A program made the translations under genes and the position numbers. A model generated the notes under the pieces. That model had not been told where the DNA came from, did not search any database, and saw only the letters and a list, made by a program, of their open reading frames with translations. Positions 37,616-46,862 of a stretch of 64,000 bases of DNA are shown here, one piece after another (position 1 is the first letter of the stretch; the number at the start of each line of letters is the position of its first letter). The stretch covers positions 248,001 to 312,000 of IMG/VR virus record IMGVR_UViG_3300027834_000005, one strand, 5' to 3'.

Positions 37616-39367
37616 ATGGCCAAGGAAGATAACATATACGAAATTCTTTCAGAAGAGAGAAAGAAATTACAGGACGAAGGTAAATTACCAGAATGGTTTA
37701 CCACAGGCGGATGGCAGCTTTTCAAAGAGAAAGTAATGTATGACTGCGATGGATATATTCCTCAAGTAGTTAGAGTTGCTGAAGACTTAGCTAAGCACGC
37801 ACCTTCCTTCCCAGAGAAAGGACACAAACACGGAGATCTTCTTAGAGCTAACTACGGTGACAACTGGAAAGACGTTTTCATCGCATTGTTCAAGGATGGT
37901 GATTTAGCACCGTCTTCTCCATTAATCGCCAATGGCGGAACTGATAGAGGCTGTACAGTTAGTTGTTCAGGCGGAGTAATCCCTGACTCTATCGGTGGGT
38001 TCTATAAAGCTCAACATGAGACTGCTCTGTTGACTAAAGAAGGATTCGGTACAAGTGCATACTTAGGTGATATTAGACCTCGCGGTTTTACATTCGCTGG
38101 CGGTGGCACAGCATCAGGTACATACCCAGTACTACGTGACTTTGTACAACTAAGTAAAGATGTTAGTCAAGGCGCAGTACGTCGTGGCGCATGGGCAGGA
38201 TACATAGAAATCGATCATGATGATTTTGATGAATGGGCAGACATGTTACATAAAAATCCAGAAGGTATTAATATCGGTTGGGTTGTAACTAAAGAAGTAA
38301 TCCAGAAATGGGTTGATAAAGATCCAGAAATGATTCGTCGTTTCAAGAAAGCTTTATGGATTAAGTGTCAATCTGGTAAAGGTTACTTTTGGAAAGTAGA
38401 TCACGTAAATGATCAACAGCCGCAGATGTATAAAGACAAAGGTTTGGCCAATAAAGCTTCTAACCTATGTACTGAAATTACATTGCACGCCGATGATGAA
38501 CATACTTATACGTGCGTACTTTCTTCCATGAATGGTTATCACTATGACCGTTGGAAAGATACTGGTGCTGTCTTTGCATCAACAGTATTACTTGATTGTA
38601 ATGCTCAAGCTTTCTTAGAGAGAGCAAAAGGTATTGAAGGTTTGGAAAAATCTGTACGCTTCACCGAAAAGTCACGCGCTTTAGGTTTAGGACTACTAGG
38701 ATTCCATTCTTACTTACAGAAGAATATGGTTGCTATGGATAGCTTTGAAGCTCATCAGATCAACAATACAATGTTCAAGCACATGCACGATGAATCTCTA
38801 GCAGCTTCACAGTGGATGGCGGGTGAATGGGGCGAACCAGAATGGTGTAAAGGTTACGGCGTACGTAATACACATCGCATGGCAATAGCACCTAACATGA
38901 GTTCTGCTGTAATGGCTGGTCAAGTATCTCAGGGTATAGAACCAATCATTGCTAACGTTTACACTCAGGCTACGACTGCTGGTGAAATGCAACGTATCAA
39001 TCCAGAGTTCTTGAAGATTGCTAAAGAGCGCGGTAAGTACAATAAGACAACTATCCGTTCTATCATTGATAGATTGGGATCAGTACAGCACTTAGATTGG
39101 TTGACTGAAAACGAAAAGAATGTATTTAAAACTGCATTCGAAATCGATCAACGTCTATTACTACGTTTAGCTTCAACTAGACAGCAATGGATTGACCAAG
39201 GGCAATCTCTTAACTTGTTCTTCTCTGCAGATGAAGATGAATCTTACATTGCGGAAGTACACAGAGAGTTCTTCATGGATGACAGACTGAAAGGTTTGTA
39301 CTACTTGAGAACAATGGCCGGTGTTGATGCCGCTAAAGATAGTGATTGTGCAGCATGTGAAGGATGA
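37616..39367 (+). CDS. nrdA: ribonucleotide reductase class Ia alpha subunit (short, no obvious ATP cone)
   Basis: VSCSG, SNLCTEI, CVLSS, LGLG..G, AIAPN.SS, YYLR, C-terminal CAACEG. Confidence 0.95.
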   Translation: MAKEDNIYEILSEERKKLQDEGKLPEWFTTGGWQLFKEKVMYDCDGYIPQVVRVAEDLAKHAPSFPEKGHKHGDLLRANYGDNWKDVFIALFKDGDLAPSSPLIANGGTDRGCTVSCSGGVIPDSIGGFYKAQHETALLTKEGFGTSAYLGDIRPRGFTFAGGGTASGTYPVLRDFVQLSKDVSQGAVRRGAWAGYIEIDHDDFDEWADMLHKNPEGINIGWVVTKEVIQKWVDKDPEMIRRFKKALWIKCQSGKGYFWKVDHVNDQQPQMYKDKGLANKASNLCTEITLHADDEHTYTCVLSSMNGYHYDRWKDTGAVFASTVLLDCNAQAFLERAKGIEGLEKSVRFTEKSRALGLGLLGFHSYLQKNMVAMDSFEAHQINNTMFKHMHDESLAASQWMAGEWGEPEWCKGYGVRNTHRMAIAPNMSSAVMAGQVSQGIEPIIANVYTQATTAGEMQRINPEFLKIAKERGKYNKTTIRSIIDRLGSVQHLDWLTENEKNVFKTAFEIDQRLLLRLASTRQQWIDQGQSLNLFFSADEDESYIAEVHREFFMDDRLKGLYYLRTMAGVDAAKDSDCAACEG

Positions 39368-39471
39368 TTACTCGTAGGGGTAAGGTGATCTTTGTGGAGG
39401 TAGGGGATATGGCCACCGCCGAAGCAGAGATGTTACTGAAGAAGCTAAAGAGAAAGCGCAGGGCTAGATAA
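39364..39471 (+). CDS. 35-aa micro-ORF (not in ORF track)
   Basis: ATGA overlap with nrdA stop; MITRRGKVIFVEVGDMATAEAEMLLKKLKRKRRAR. Confidence 0.5.
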   Translation: MITRRGKVIFVEVGDMATAEAEMLLKKLKRKRRAR

Positions 39472-39511
39472 TCTAGTCCAGCTACACAAATAATTATACA
39501 CATACAAAAAG

Positions 39512-39519
39512 GATAAATA
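39512..39519 (+). promoter_or_regulatory. late promoter motif GATAAATA
   Basis: Exact motif ahead of the PAAR block; overlaps the RBS of 39523. Confidence 0.5.
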
Positions 39520-39522
39520 CAA

Positions 39523-39858
39523 ATGATTAAAGAAAAAACTACACTTATAGAAGAAGGCGCGATCATCGGAGTTAAATTTGTTTCTGGTGAAGACGTTATG
39601 GCAAAGATCGGAAAAATATTAGGTGACCAAGTAGAATTAATTCTACCTCACTCTTTGGTAACATCGCACGAAGGAGCAGCGTTTATGGCTTGGCCTTCAA
39701 TGGTGAGCGATGACTCGTTTTTCGTTCATAAGAATAAAATTATGATTGCCTATCCGTTAAGAGAAGATTTCTTAAACCAATACTCTCCACTTCATGGTGA
39801 AGTTGAGGAAGAAAAAGCTGGCATCTTTATGCCGCCAGAGAAGAAGATAATTTCATAA
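39523..39858 (+). CDS. small beta-barrel (Sm-like) hypothetical protein
   Basis: VKFVSGEDVMAKI pattern common in T4-like phage hypotheticals. Confidence 0.5.
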   Translation: MIKEKTTLIEEGAIIGVKFVSGEDVMAKIGKILGDQVELILPHSLVTSHEGAAFMAWPSMVSDDSFFVHKNKIMIAYPLREDFLNQYSPLHGEVEEEKAGIFMPPEKKIIS

Positions 39859-40151
39859 TGACTATTCCGGTATCCAGATTAGGAGATCTATCTACTCCAG
39901 ACCCATGTAAAGCTCCTCCAAGAGCTAGTATACAAGGTTCGGGTAATGTATTTGTTAATGGGATTCCGGTACATAGAGTCGGCGATGCTTGGGCACCACA
40001 TGCTTGCCCAGGTTCACCTCCGCATGCAGCCACCACCGCTGTCGGATCGGCAACAGTTTTTGTAAACGGTATGCCTATTTCAAGACTAGGTGATCTCATT
40101 AGTTGTGGTTCTACCATAGCTGTGGGTTCTGGGAATGTATTCGCGGGATAA
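39858..40151 (+). CDS. PAAR-repeat spike tip protein (gp5.4-like)
   Basis: Repeated R.GD, GS.NVFVNG.P motifs; H.C...PH; C.CG. Confidence 0.93.
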   Translation: MTIPVSRLGDLSTPDPCKAPPRASIQGSGNVFVNGIPVHRVGDAWAPHACPGSPPHAATTAVGSATVFVNGMPISRLGDLISCGSTIAVGSGNVFAG

Positions 40152-40153
40152 TT

Positions 40154-40975
40154 ATGGCTTATTTGAATGAAAATGGCGAGTGGGTTTTAGGCGATGCCGT
40201 AGAATCCACTACTCAGCCTGAAGAAGAATTACGTGATGAAAATGGGTGTCTACCCATTGATCCAACCCAACCTTATAAACCGCCTTGTTTTCTTCCCAGT
40301 GAAGAAGATTGCGTGTCCCCATATGTTATAAGACAGAAGAGTAGAGAAACAGTATCTGGATTTGTTTATAGATCAGTAGACACTGGAAAGAGACCTTATG
40401 TAAGTATGACATGGCAGTATCATAATGGCACGTCTTATGTTGATACAACTAATTATAATAATATGAAGATTACGTCAGCCGGTGCCGCTAACAAGCCAAG
40501 AGCTAAGTTCACTACATACGATGATAGTAATGGTTCCCAAGAAACTTTATACGGAAGTCATTATGAATTGACAGTTACTATACCTCCTGTGCTACCCGCT
40601 ACAGTTGGAACAACTGTAACAACATACGTAAATGCGATGAATGCCTCTACTACAGCGTTAAGTGCCAGCTCATTTGTAAGGTTGCCCAATGTTGATGAGC
40701 TAGAAAACTACACTAGAAATATTGATGGTGTCGGTGGATTTGAACCGTCCAGTATCACTACGTATTTTAGCAAGCAAAGATTGGAATATAATATTCCGGT
40801 GGATGGAGTTTCAACAGTAACAGAAATTGAAGACCCTACGTCATTAAGGACAGGTCCATTTGAGACTATCGCTTATGAAGGGTTGACAGAAGAGAACAAT
40901 GACATCGGTAGGTTAGAAGATGGTGTTGGTAAAGTAAGATATAATTATGTGACGTCCTTATGGGAAGAACTATAA
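40154..40975 (+). CDS. hypothetical virion protein
   Basis: Follows PAAR; start moved to MAYLNENG. Confidence 0.55.
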   Translation: MAYLNENGEWVLGDAVESTTQPEEELRDENGCLPIDPTQPYKPPCFLPSEEDCVSPYVIRQKSRETVSGFVYRSVDTGKRPYVSMTWQYHNGTSYVDTTNYNNMKITSAGAANKPRAKFTTYDDSNGSQETLYGSHYELTVTIPPVLPATVGTTVTTYVNAMNASTTALSASSFVRLPNVDELENYTRNIDGVGGFEPSSITTYFSKQRLEYNIPVDGVSTVTEIEDPTSLRTGPFETIAYEGLTEENNDIGRLEDGVGKVRYNYVTSLWEEL

Positions 40976-40981
40976 AACGAC

Positions 40982-41010
40982 TTGACAATTAGTTAGAGAG
41001 GTACTATAAT
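40982..41010 (+). promoter_or_regulatory. perfect sigma70 consensus promoter overlapping an RBS and start codon
   Basis: TTGACA-17-TATAAT; the -10 overlaps ATG 41009. Confidence 0.75.
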
Positions 41011-41233
41011 GTCGTACGGTAATACAGGAAGTAATAACAGCAACTACAATGAAAGAAAGCGTAGTGGCGGTGGTGGTAAAAGTGCATACGAGATCAGAAC
41101 AGATGTTTTGAAATTGGCAATGGAACTACATAACGTCAATAGTACTGGAAAGGGTGAAGAAATTGATCCTGACAAAGTTATTGAAACAGCTACTAAGTTT
41201 AACGACTTCATTTCTAAAAAGAATGACAAATAA
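41009..41233 (+). CDS. small hypothetical protein
   Basis: GAGG RBS; KSAYEIR..VLKLA pattern seen in T4-like phages. Confidence 0.65.
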   Translation: MSYGNTGSNNSNYNERKRSGGGGKSAYEIRTDVLKLAMELHNVNSTGKGEEIDPDKVIETATKFNDFISKKNDK

Positions 41234-41289
41234 CGCACAGTAACATTGATTGCTGTGCTCAATATGGTTATACACGAGGTAACGTGACC

Positions 41290-42051
41290 ATGGACATGAG
41301 TAAAGTAATCCTAGATCATATGGAAGGGTTCTTAGTCATCAGTGATATTCATGGAGAATATGACAAGATGATGGGGGCGGTTGAATATGCAAAAAGTCAC
41401 TACCTTCATATAGTCTTCTTAGGGGATTTGGTTGATGGTGGTGATAAGCCATATGAAACAGTTAAAGAAGTAAAGTCTCTTTTAGACAGCGGCATGGCAA
41501 CTTTTATCATGGGAAACCACGATTATAAATGGCACAGGGCTATCTTGGGAAACAAAGTAATCTTTACCGACTATATGGTTTCTACAATTTTTGATATACC
41601 TCTTGGTTCAGAACAAGACTTCATGGACACGTACAAATATGTATGTGAGCATAAAAACACATCAGTCCATGCGATATACATGGAATGGGCATTTGTTCAT
41701 GCTGCCATCGTTCCTAACGTATACACAGATGTAGATCTCACTAAGAAAGAGACTCATACTCTATTGTACGGTAGCACCAACGGTAGGCGTGATGACAGGG
41801 GATTCCCTGTGAGGTTATACGATTGGATAGATGATATCCCAAAGGGCCACAAAGCGATTGTGGGGCACGACAGAGCGCCTATGGGCAAGACTTTTGATGG
41901 TAGGCCAGAAATGTACGGTGGTGCATTAGGCGGGTTAGCCATTTTTACAGATACCGGATGTGGAAAGAGAGACGACGGGACATTAACAGTCACTAGTCTT
42001 AAGTTTGTATACGACATCGGGTTAACTTTTGATAGATTTATTTCATTTTGA
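41290..42051 (+). CDS. calcineurin-like metallophosphoesterase
   Basis: SDIHG, LGDLVD, GNHD, VHA, VGH, DTG motifs. Confidence 0.88.
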   Translation: MDMSKVILDHMEGFLVISDIHGEYDKMMGAVEYAKSHYLHIVFLGDLVDGGDKPYETVKEVKSLLDSGMATFIMGNHDYKWHRAILGNKVIFTDYMVSTIFDIPLGSEQDFMDTYKYVCEHKNTSVHAIYMEWAFVHAAIVPNVYTDVDLTKKETHTLLYGSTNGRRDDRGFPVRLYDWIDDIPKGHKAIVGHDRAPMGKTFDGRPEMYGGALGGLAIFTDTGCGKRDDGTLTVTSLKFVYDIGLTFDRFISF

Positions 42052-42058
42052 GGTGATT

Positions 42059-42280
42059 ATGAGCGAATTATGTGATATACTTGATTCTTTCGTCAGTAAT
42101 GTTTCTACCTACCCTTGCGGTAAGAGAGAGAACGAACTAATAAAACTACGGATGGGATTGAATGACAAATACTGTCCTTTGATCGTTGAAATGACTATTG
42201 GAAGGTATGTAAAAGATGGTAAGCTTACCCACTGCCAAAGCACTATTGATGCACTTGATGATGTTGTTCTCGTTAAATGA
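42059..42280 (+). CDS. hypothetical protein
   Basis: GAGG RBS before MSELCD. Confidence 0.5.
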   Translation: MSELCDILDSFVSNVSTYPCGKRENELIKLRMGLNDKYCPLIVEMTIGRYVKDGKLTHCQSTIDALDDVVLVK

Positions 42281-42749
42281 TGGACAAATAGATCAAGAAC
42301 AAGCGTACTGCATGGCTATAAATATTTACCACGAAGCTAGATCCGAATCTATTGCAGGTCAGATAGAAGTAGCTCACGCTACTATGGAACGTGTTAGGGA
42401 TAAAAGATTCCCTAGTACTATATGCGGAGTGGTATTACAAACGAACCGTGATTCTTTGGGTAGACCAAAGTTATATCGCTGTTCGTTTTCTTGGTTTTGC
42501 GATGGCAAGCCAGATGATATTGAATTTGTTAAGAAAGGCAAGTTCATGATCATAGATTACAGAAACTTTATGACGGCGTCTATGGTGGCGTTGAGAGTAA
42601 TAAACGGTGACTATAAAAGCGAGTGCGAAGGTGCTAACTTTTATTATAATCCTACTTTAGCTTCACCTCGGTGGGCTAAACACTACACATTAAAATGCAG
42701 GATAGGAAATCATGCATTTCACAGACGAGAGAAAGGAAGTCTTTTATGA
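42249..42749 (+). CDS. cell wall hydrolase (SleB/Hydrolase_2 family)
   Basis: CMAINIYHEARSE, V..R....FP.TICGVV, FSW, A.FYY, P.WA, IGNH.F. Confidence 0.88.
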   Translation: MHLMMLFSLNDGQIDQEQAYCMAINIYHEARSESIAGQIEVAHATMERVRDKRFPSTICGVVLQTNRDSLGRPKLYRCSFSWFCDGKPDDIEFVKKGKFMIIDYRNFMTASMVALRVINGDYKSECEGANFYYNPTLASPRWAKHYTLKCRIGNHAFHRREKGSLL

Positions 42750-43594
42750 AGAATTATCTTGAATTATTGCAAGATATTAAGGACAATGGAGTTGTCAAAG
42801 GAAGTAGATCAGGTAAAACCACATCCGTATTTGGCAGATCCCTTAGATGGGATCTTTCAGAAGGATTCCCCGCATTAACTACTAGAAGAGTACCCCTACG
42901 TTTCGCTTTTGAGGAAACATGGTTCTTCCTTAGTGGTAGCACAGACACTACCATCTTAGCAGACAAAAACATTCCCATTTGGGAAGGAAACACCACGCGT
43001 GAGTTTTTAGATGATAAAGGCCTTACTGATTTGCCAGTTGGCAGCTTAGGAACAGGCTATTCTCATCAGTGGAGAAACTTTGGTGGCGCTATAGGCGGTG
43101 ATGACGGCATAGACCAGATCACAGAGCTTGTAGAAGGCCTTAAGAACGATCCTAACTCAAGAAGGCACATTGTGTCGGGTTGGAATCCAAAGCAGTTAGA
43201 CGGCACTCCACTGCCTCCATGTCACGTATATAATCAATACTATATTGCAGAAGGCAAATTGCACTCCACATTCATGATGAGAAGCACAGACGTTCCGTTT
43301 GGTCTCCCATTTAATATGATGGGCTATGCACTTCTTAACATGGCGATTGCTAAGCTATTAGGATTGGAAGCTGGTGACTTGGTTTACTTCGGTAATGACG
43401 TTCATATCTATGAAGAGCAGATGCCTATGGTGGATGAGATGTTACAGCGCACACCTGACGCCATGCCTACTCTAATAATCAAAAAAGATCTGAAAACGAT
43501 TGACGATTTGCTGTCTATGGAGTATAATGATATTGAGCTGAAGGACTATGCGCCACAGCCAGATATAAAAAATAAGCCAAAGATGGCGGTGTAA
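42746..43594 (+). CDS. thyA: thymidylate synthase
   Basis: E..WF..G, YSHQWR, SRR, LPPCH, RS.D..FGLPFN, H.YE; start moved from 42695. Confidence 0.95.
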   Translation: MKNYLELLQDIKDNGVVKGSRSGKTTSVFGRSLRWDLSEGFPALTTRRVPLRFAFEETWFFLSGSTDTTILADKNIPIWEGNTTREFLDDKGLTDLPVGSLGTGYSHQWRNFGGAIGGDDGIDQITELVEGLKNDPNSRRHIVSGWNPKQLDGTPLPPCHVYNQYYIAEGKLHSTFMMRSTDVPFGLPFNMMGYALLNMAIAKLLGLEAGDLVYFGNDVHIYEEQMPMVDEMLQRTPDAMPTLIIKKDLKTIDDLLSMEYNDIELKDYAPQPDIKNKPKMAV

Positions 43595-43595
43595 T

Positions 43596-44024
43596 ATGGA
43601 AATTTCTAGGACGTTAGAGGAGCAACTCAGTTATTTAGAGATGGCTCTTTTCAATGGAGTATTCAGTGAAGATAAGCTTGCGGATCATTTGCAATGTGTG
43701 ATGCAAGATAAACTGGCAGGGCATGACCCTATGGCATATGATTCAGCTACGTGTAAACAGTTGAACCTAAATAAATATAGCGACCTGACAGATTACAGTA
43801 CCGTTTATCCAGCTAGGCATAGTATTTTTACTGAGATGGCTAATGAGATAACTATTCTGGTTAAACGTAATGAAGTATTAGAAGCCGAAGTAAAAACGTT
43901 ATGCGAAGACCGTACTAGACATGATAATAGATTACGTAATCTTGAAGATAAAGTGAATGTTTTAGTACAAACGCACAACGCTAAAGCAGAACATGAATCT
44001 GCTATACAGACGAGGATTTATTAA
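43596..44024 (+). CDS. hypothetical coiled-coil protein
   Basis: Coupled ORF. Confidence 0.55.
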   Translation: MEISRTLEEQLSYLEMALFNGVFSEDKLADHLQCVMQDKLAGHDPMAYDSATCKQLNLNKYSDLTDYSTVYPARHSIFTEMANEITILVKRNEVLEAEVKTLCEDRTRHDNRLRNLEDKVNVLVQTHNAKAEHESAIQTRIY

Positions 44025-45238
44025 TGAGTGAATTATGTACTTTTTGTGGTAAAGGAAAAGGCGAGGTTGATTTACTTATATCAGGACCGTTAGACTCTGA
44101 AGGTGTACCATCAGCCTACATTTGTAGTGAATGTACTGGTGTCGCTGAAGAGTTCGTATTAGAAATGAAAGCGGATGAGGCTGCACTTGATAAAGTTGAG
44201 TGTACCAAGTCCATTTTGTATCCTAATGATATTAAGAATCAATTAGATGAGTACGTGGTTGGTCAAAATAGCGCTAAAGAAAAGTTATCAGTGGCGATAT
44301 TCAATCATAAGAAAAGAATTGCCATGGTTAATCGTGGTGAGGACACAGTGGAAAAGTCAAATATTCTAATGGTAGGACCATCAGGTAGTGGTAAGACGTT
44401 ATTATTGAAGACTATTACTAAGATTGCTGACGTTCCGTGCATTGTCGCTAACAGCACCTCTCTCACTGAGGCAGGTTATGTAGGGCAAGACGTAGAAAGT
44501 ATCTTTGAGGACCTTCTTATGGCCGCTGACGGCGATATAGATAAGGCACAGCAAGGTATTGTGTTCTTAGATGAGATTGATAAGAAAGCTAAGGCAAAAA
44601 CAGGCGGTAGTGGTAGGGATATCTCAGGCGAAGGCGTACAGCAAGCTTTATTGAAGCTAGTTGAGGGCACAGAGCTTATGATCAACCCTAATCCGAAGAA
44701 TAAGCAACCATTAACGTTGGTTCCATTCAACACTAAGGACATTTTGTTCATAGCTGGTGGTGCATTCGTTGGGTTGGATGATATAGCTAAGAAAAGAGAT
44801 GCTGGCACGACCATGGGTCTATCTGCAACTCTTACTAATAGTGATGAGGCCACAGTGCCTAAGATATCATCTGAAGATTTGAGTAAGTATGGTCTTATAC
44901 GGGAATTCATTGGTAGATTCCCTATCATGGTAACTCTGCAACCACTAAGCGTGGATATGCTGAAAAGAATTATCGTGGAACCTAAGAATAGCATATTCTC
45001 TCAATTTAAAGACTTGTTTGCGGTTGAAGAAATAGAATTGGTATTCACAGAAGAATACCTAGAGTACTTGGCTTCAAAAGCCATAGAGCACAAGACTGGG
45101 GCCAGAGGCCTTAGAAGAAGTCTTGAAGAAGATCTTAGTGGCGTACAGTTCGATCTTAAAAAACATAAAAATGATAATGTCATACGTGTAGTCGTTGGAG
45201 ACAAAGGTATCATTACATTAGAAAAGGAAGATACATGA
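44024..45238 (+). CDS. clpX: ClpX AAA+ unfoldase
   Basis: C4 Zn-binding domain, GPSGSGKT, GYVG pore-1, LDEIDK, RDISGEGVQQALLK, GARGLR. Confidence 0.95.
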   Translation: MSELCTFCGKGKGEVDLLISGPLDSEGVPSAYICSECTGVAEEFVLEMKADEAALDKVECTKSILYPNDIKNQLDEYVVGQNSAKEKLSVAIFNHKKRIAMVNRGEDTVEKSNILMVGPSGSGKTLLLKTITKIADVPCIVANSTSLTEAGYVGQDVESIFEDLLMAADGDIDKAQQGIVFLDEIDKKAKAKTGGSGRDISGEGVQQALLKLVEGTELMINPNPKNKQPLTLVPFNTKDILFIAGGAFVGLDDIAKKRDAGTTMGLSATLTNSDEATVPKISSEDLSKYGLIREFIGRFPIMVTLQPLSVDMLKRIIVEPKNSIFSQFKDLFAVEEIELVFTEEYLEYLASKAIEHKTGARGLRRSLEEDLSGVQFDLKKHKNDNVIRVVVGDKGIITLEKEDT

Positions 45239-45471
45239 AAGGTCCAGTAAGGATAGAAGGTCTTGCGGTAGAAGTTAAAGGTAACTTCGAACGCGCATTA
45301 AGGATGTTCAGTAAAAAAGTACAAAGCTCAGGACTCATTCGTGAGTTGAGAGAAAGAGAGCACTACGAGAAGAAGACGTCTAAGCGAAAGAAAGATAAGG
45401 CAGCTGCAAGTCGTAGAGAGCAAAAGCGCGTCAGAGATAATAGCCCTGAAGCACAACACAGAAAAAGATAA
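45235..45471 (+). CDS. rpsU: 30S ribosomal protein bS21 homologue
   Basis: V.V..NFERALRMFSKKV..SG...ELRERE.YEK...KRK. Confidence 0.88.
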   Translation: MKGPVRIEGLAVEVKGNFERALRMFSKKVQSSGLIRELREREHYEKKTSKRKKDKAAASRREQKRVRDNSPEAQHRKR

Positions 45472-45515
45472 ATACTATTATCAGTTGTTTTTTTGATCTT
45501 ATTTGTAAATAAAGC

Positions 45516-45532
45516 TTCCCTTAACGGGGAAA
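45516..45532. terminator. hairpin between rpsU and clpS
   Basis: TTCCC-TTAACG-GGGAA; same loop sequence as the terminator at 11537. Confidence 0.4.
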
Positions 45533-45534
45533 GT

Positions 45535-45563
45535 TTGTTACAATAGCGCAAAATTAATATACT
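45535..45563 (+). promoter_or_regulatory. possible sigma70 promoter for clpS
   Basis: TTGTTA-17-TATACT. Confidence 0.45.
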
Positions 45564-45583
45564 GATGGTAGGAGATACCGACA

Positions 45584-45889
45584 ATGAGCACACAAACATG
45601 CGAAGACACTATGGTTTTGGAAGAAGTTCAGATTAAGGAACCTTCCACGTATCAAGTAGTTTTCTTGAACGACGATAAAACCCACATTGAATTTGTGGTG
45701 GATGTATTAGCTTCAGTATTTCACAAAACATTAGTGGATGCGGAAATGGTTACCTTACAGATTCATCATACTGGGCGTGGCATTGCCGGTGTATACAGTG
45801 AGGAAATTGCCGAGACTAAGCAAGAAGAGACTACGAAATTGGCTCGCGCCAATGGATTCCCTCTTCAAGTTGTGGTTGAGGAAGTGTAA
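45584..45889 (+). CDS. clpS: ClpS N-degron adaptor
   Basis: P..Y.V..LNDD.T..EFVV.VL, HH.G, AETK, A...GFPL; AGGAG RBS. Confidence 0.93.
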   Translation: MSTQTCEDTMVLEEVQIKEPSTYQVVFLNDDKTHIEFVVDVLASVFHKTLVDAEMVTLQIHHTGRGIAGVYSEEIAETKQEETTKLARANGFPLQVVVEEV

Positions 45890-46161
45890 TGAATAACTTT
45901 TTCATGATTTCAACATTATGTTTGTGTTTTGGATTGGCCTCCTTACTTATGGGTAGGGAAATAGGCCATAAAGAATCACGAATAGATGCTGATGCTGTGG
46001 TAAGTGTTTCTAAACTGACAATAGTGAAGATGCATTATGCATGTGGCGGAAGCCAATACGTTAATGAATTCAATTTTGACGTCAATACACTTACGGGTGA
46101 TTTCGGAACAGTCACTGTAATATGCAGAGACGGTACGGAAATTTCTTTGATAGACGAATAG
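45889..46161 (+). CDS. small exported or membrane-anchored hypothetical protein
   Basis: Hydrophobic N-terminus; coupled ORF. Confidence 0.55.
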   Translation: MNNFFMISTLCLCFGLASLLMGREIGHKESRIDADAVVSVSKLTIVKMHYACGGSQYVNEFNFDVNTLTGDFGTVTVICRDGTEISLIDE

Positions 46162-46227
46162 TACCGTAAAATATACCGTCATTATACGTGACGTACGATG
46201 GTGGTAATTATGTACAAGGAGTGTACC

Positions 46228-46506
46228 ATGAGAACCAGAGAACATTGGAAAGAATGCTTAAGTGATGAGCCGTATATTATGGCCCAGACAGTAGTTCTAG
46301 AGTTAAAAGACATTGCTAAAAACTCAGGATATGATCCTAGAGGAGTTAAGGTCCATAGTAAAGAAGAAGCTATGAGGCGTAACATCGGACGCGTTGGTGC
46401 ATTCATAACGTGGAATGAAGGTCCCATTGGTTGGACTGATTTCTGTGATTTGCCCTTCGAGTTTTGTGATGTGTATGAAGGTTCCATGCTAATATTTTAT
46501 GATTGA
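46228..46506 (+). CDS. hypothetical protein
   Basis: AGGAG RBS before MRTREH. Confidence 0.6.
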   Translation: MRTREHWKECLSDEPYIMAQTVVLELKDIAKNSGYDPRGVKVHSKEEAMRRNIGRVGAFITWNEGPIGWTDFCDLPFEFCDVYEGSMLIFYD

Positions 46507-46804
46507 TTTAAAAGAGGTCGGCGTTAAATACGTCGCCACAGATAAGAAAGGAAAGAAAATAACCTTCCAGATCATTTATTACGACAGTTTAATTGAGATG
46601 GTAGGTTTGAACGATTGTAACGTATACGATCTTGATGATTACCGAAAGAACGTGTACGATGCAGTGAAGGGATTCGTAGATAGCCCGTATGATATTACGT
46701 GGTATTCAGTGCCAAGCTACGAAAGTAACCTAGTTGATGCCGTAAAGGAGGCAATAACTACAGGCAACCATACCATAGTCATAGAATACACAGATATAGA
46801 TTGA
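46499..46804 (+). CDS. hypothetical protein
   Basis: Overlapping ORF in operon. Confidence 0.55.
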   Translation: MIDLKEVGVKYVATDKKGKKITFQIIYYDSLIEMVGLNDCNVYDLDDYRKNVYDAVKGFVDSPYDITWYSVPSYESNLVDAVKEAITTGNHTIVIEYTDID

Positions 46805-46822
46805 GAAAACATGTTGAAAACA

Positions 46823-46831
46823 TGTTATAAT
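46823..46831 (+). promoter_or_regulatory. extended -10 promoter TGtTATAAT
   Basis: Intergenic, preceded by a short direct repeat GAAAACATGTT. Confidence 0.55.
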
Positions 46832-46862
46832 TGATTCAGATTATCCATTAACAGAGGTATAT

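Noticed and set aside
39858-40151. Type VI secretion or contractile-injection-system locus
   Set aside because: The PAAR gene sits among terminase, head and replication genes, consistent with a phage gp5.4 spike tip.
12596-43594. Introns or inteins in terL, uvsX, helicase, nrdAB or thyA
   Set aside because: All are single uninterrupted ORFs of ordinary size with their motifs in order.
44476-44994. Long antisense ORFs in the track (e.g. 44476..44994, 35082..35615, 62666..63193, 15044..15490)
   Set aside because: They are shadow frames of well-supported plus-strand genes, with no RBS, promoter or recognisable motifs.
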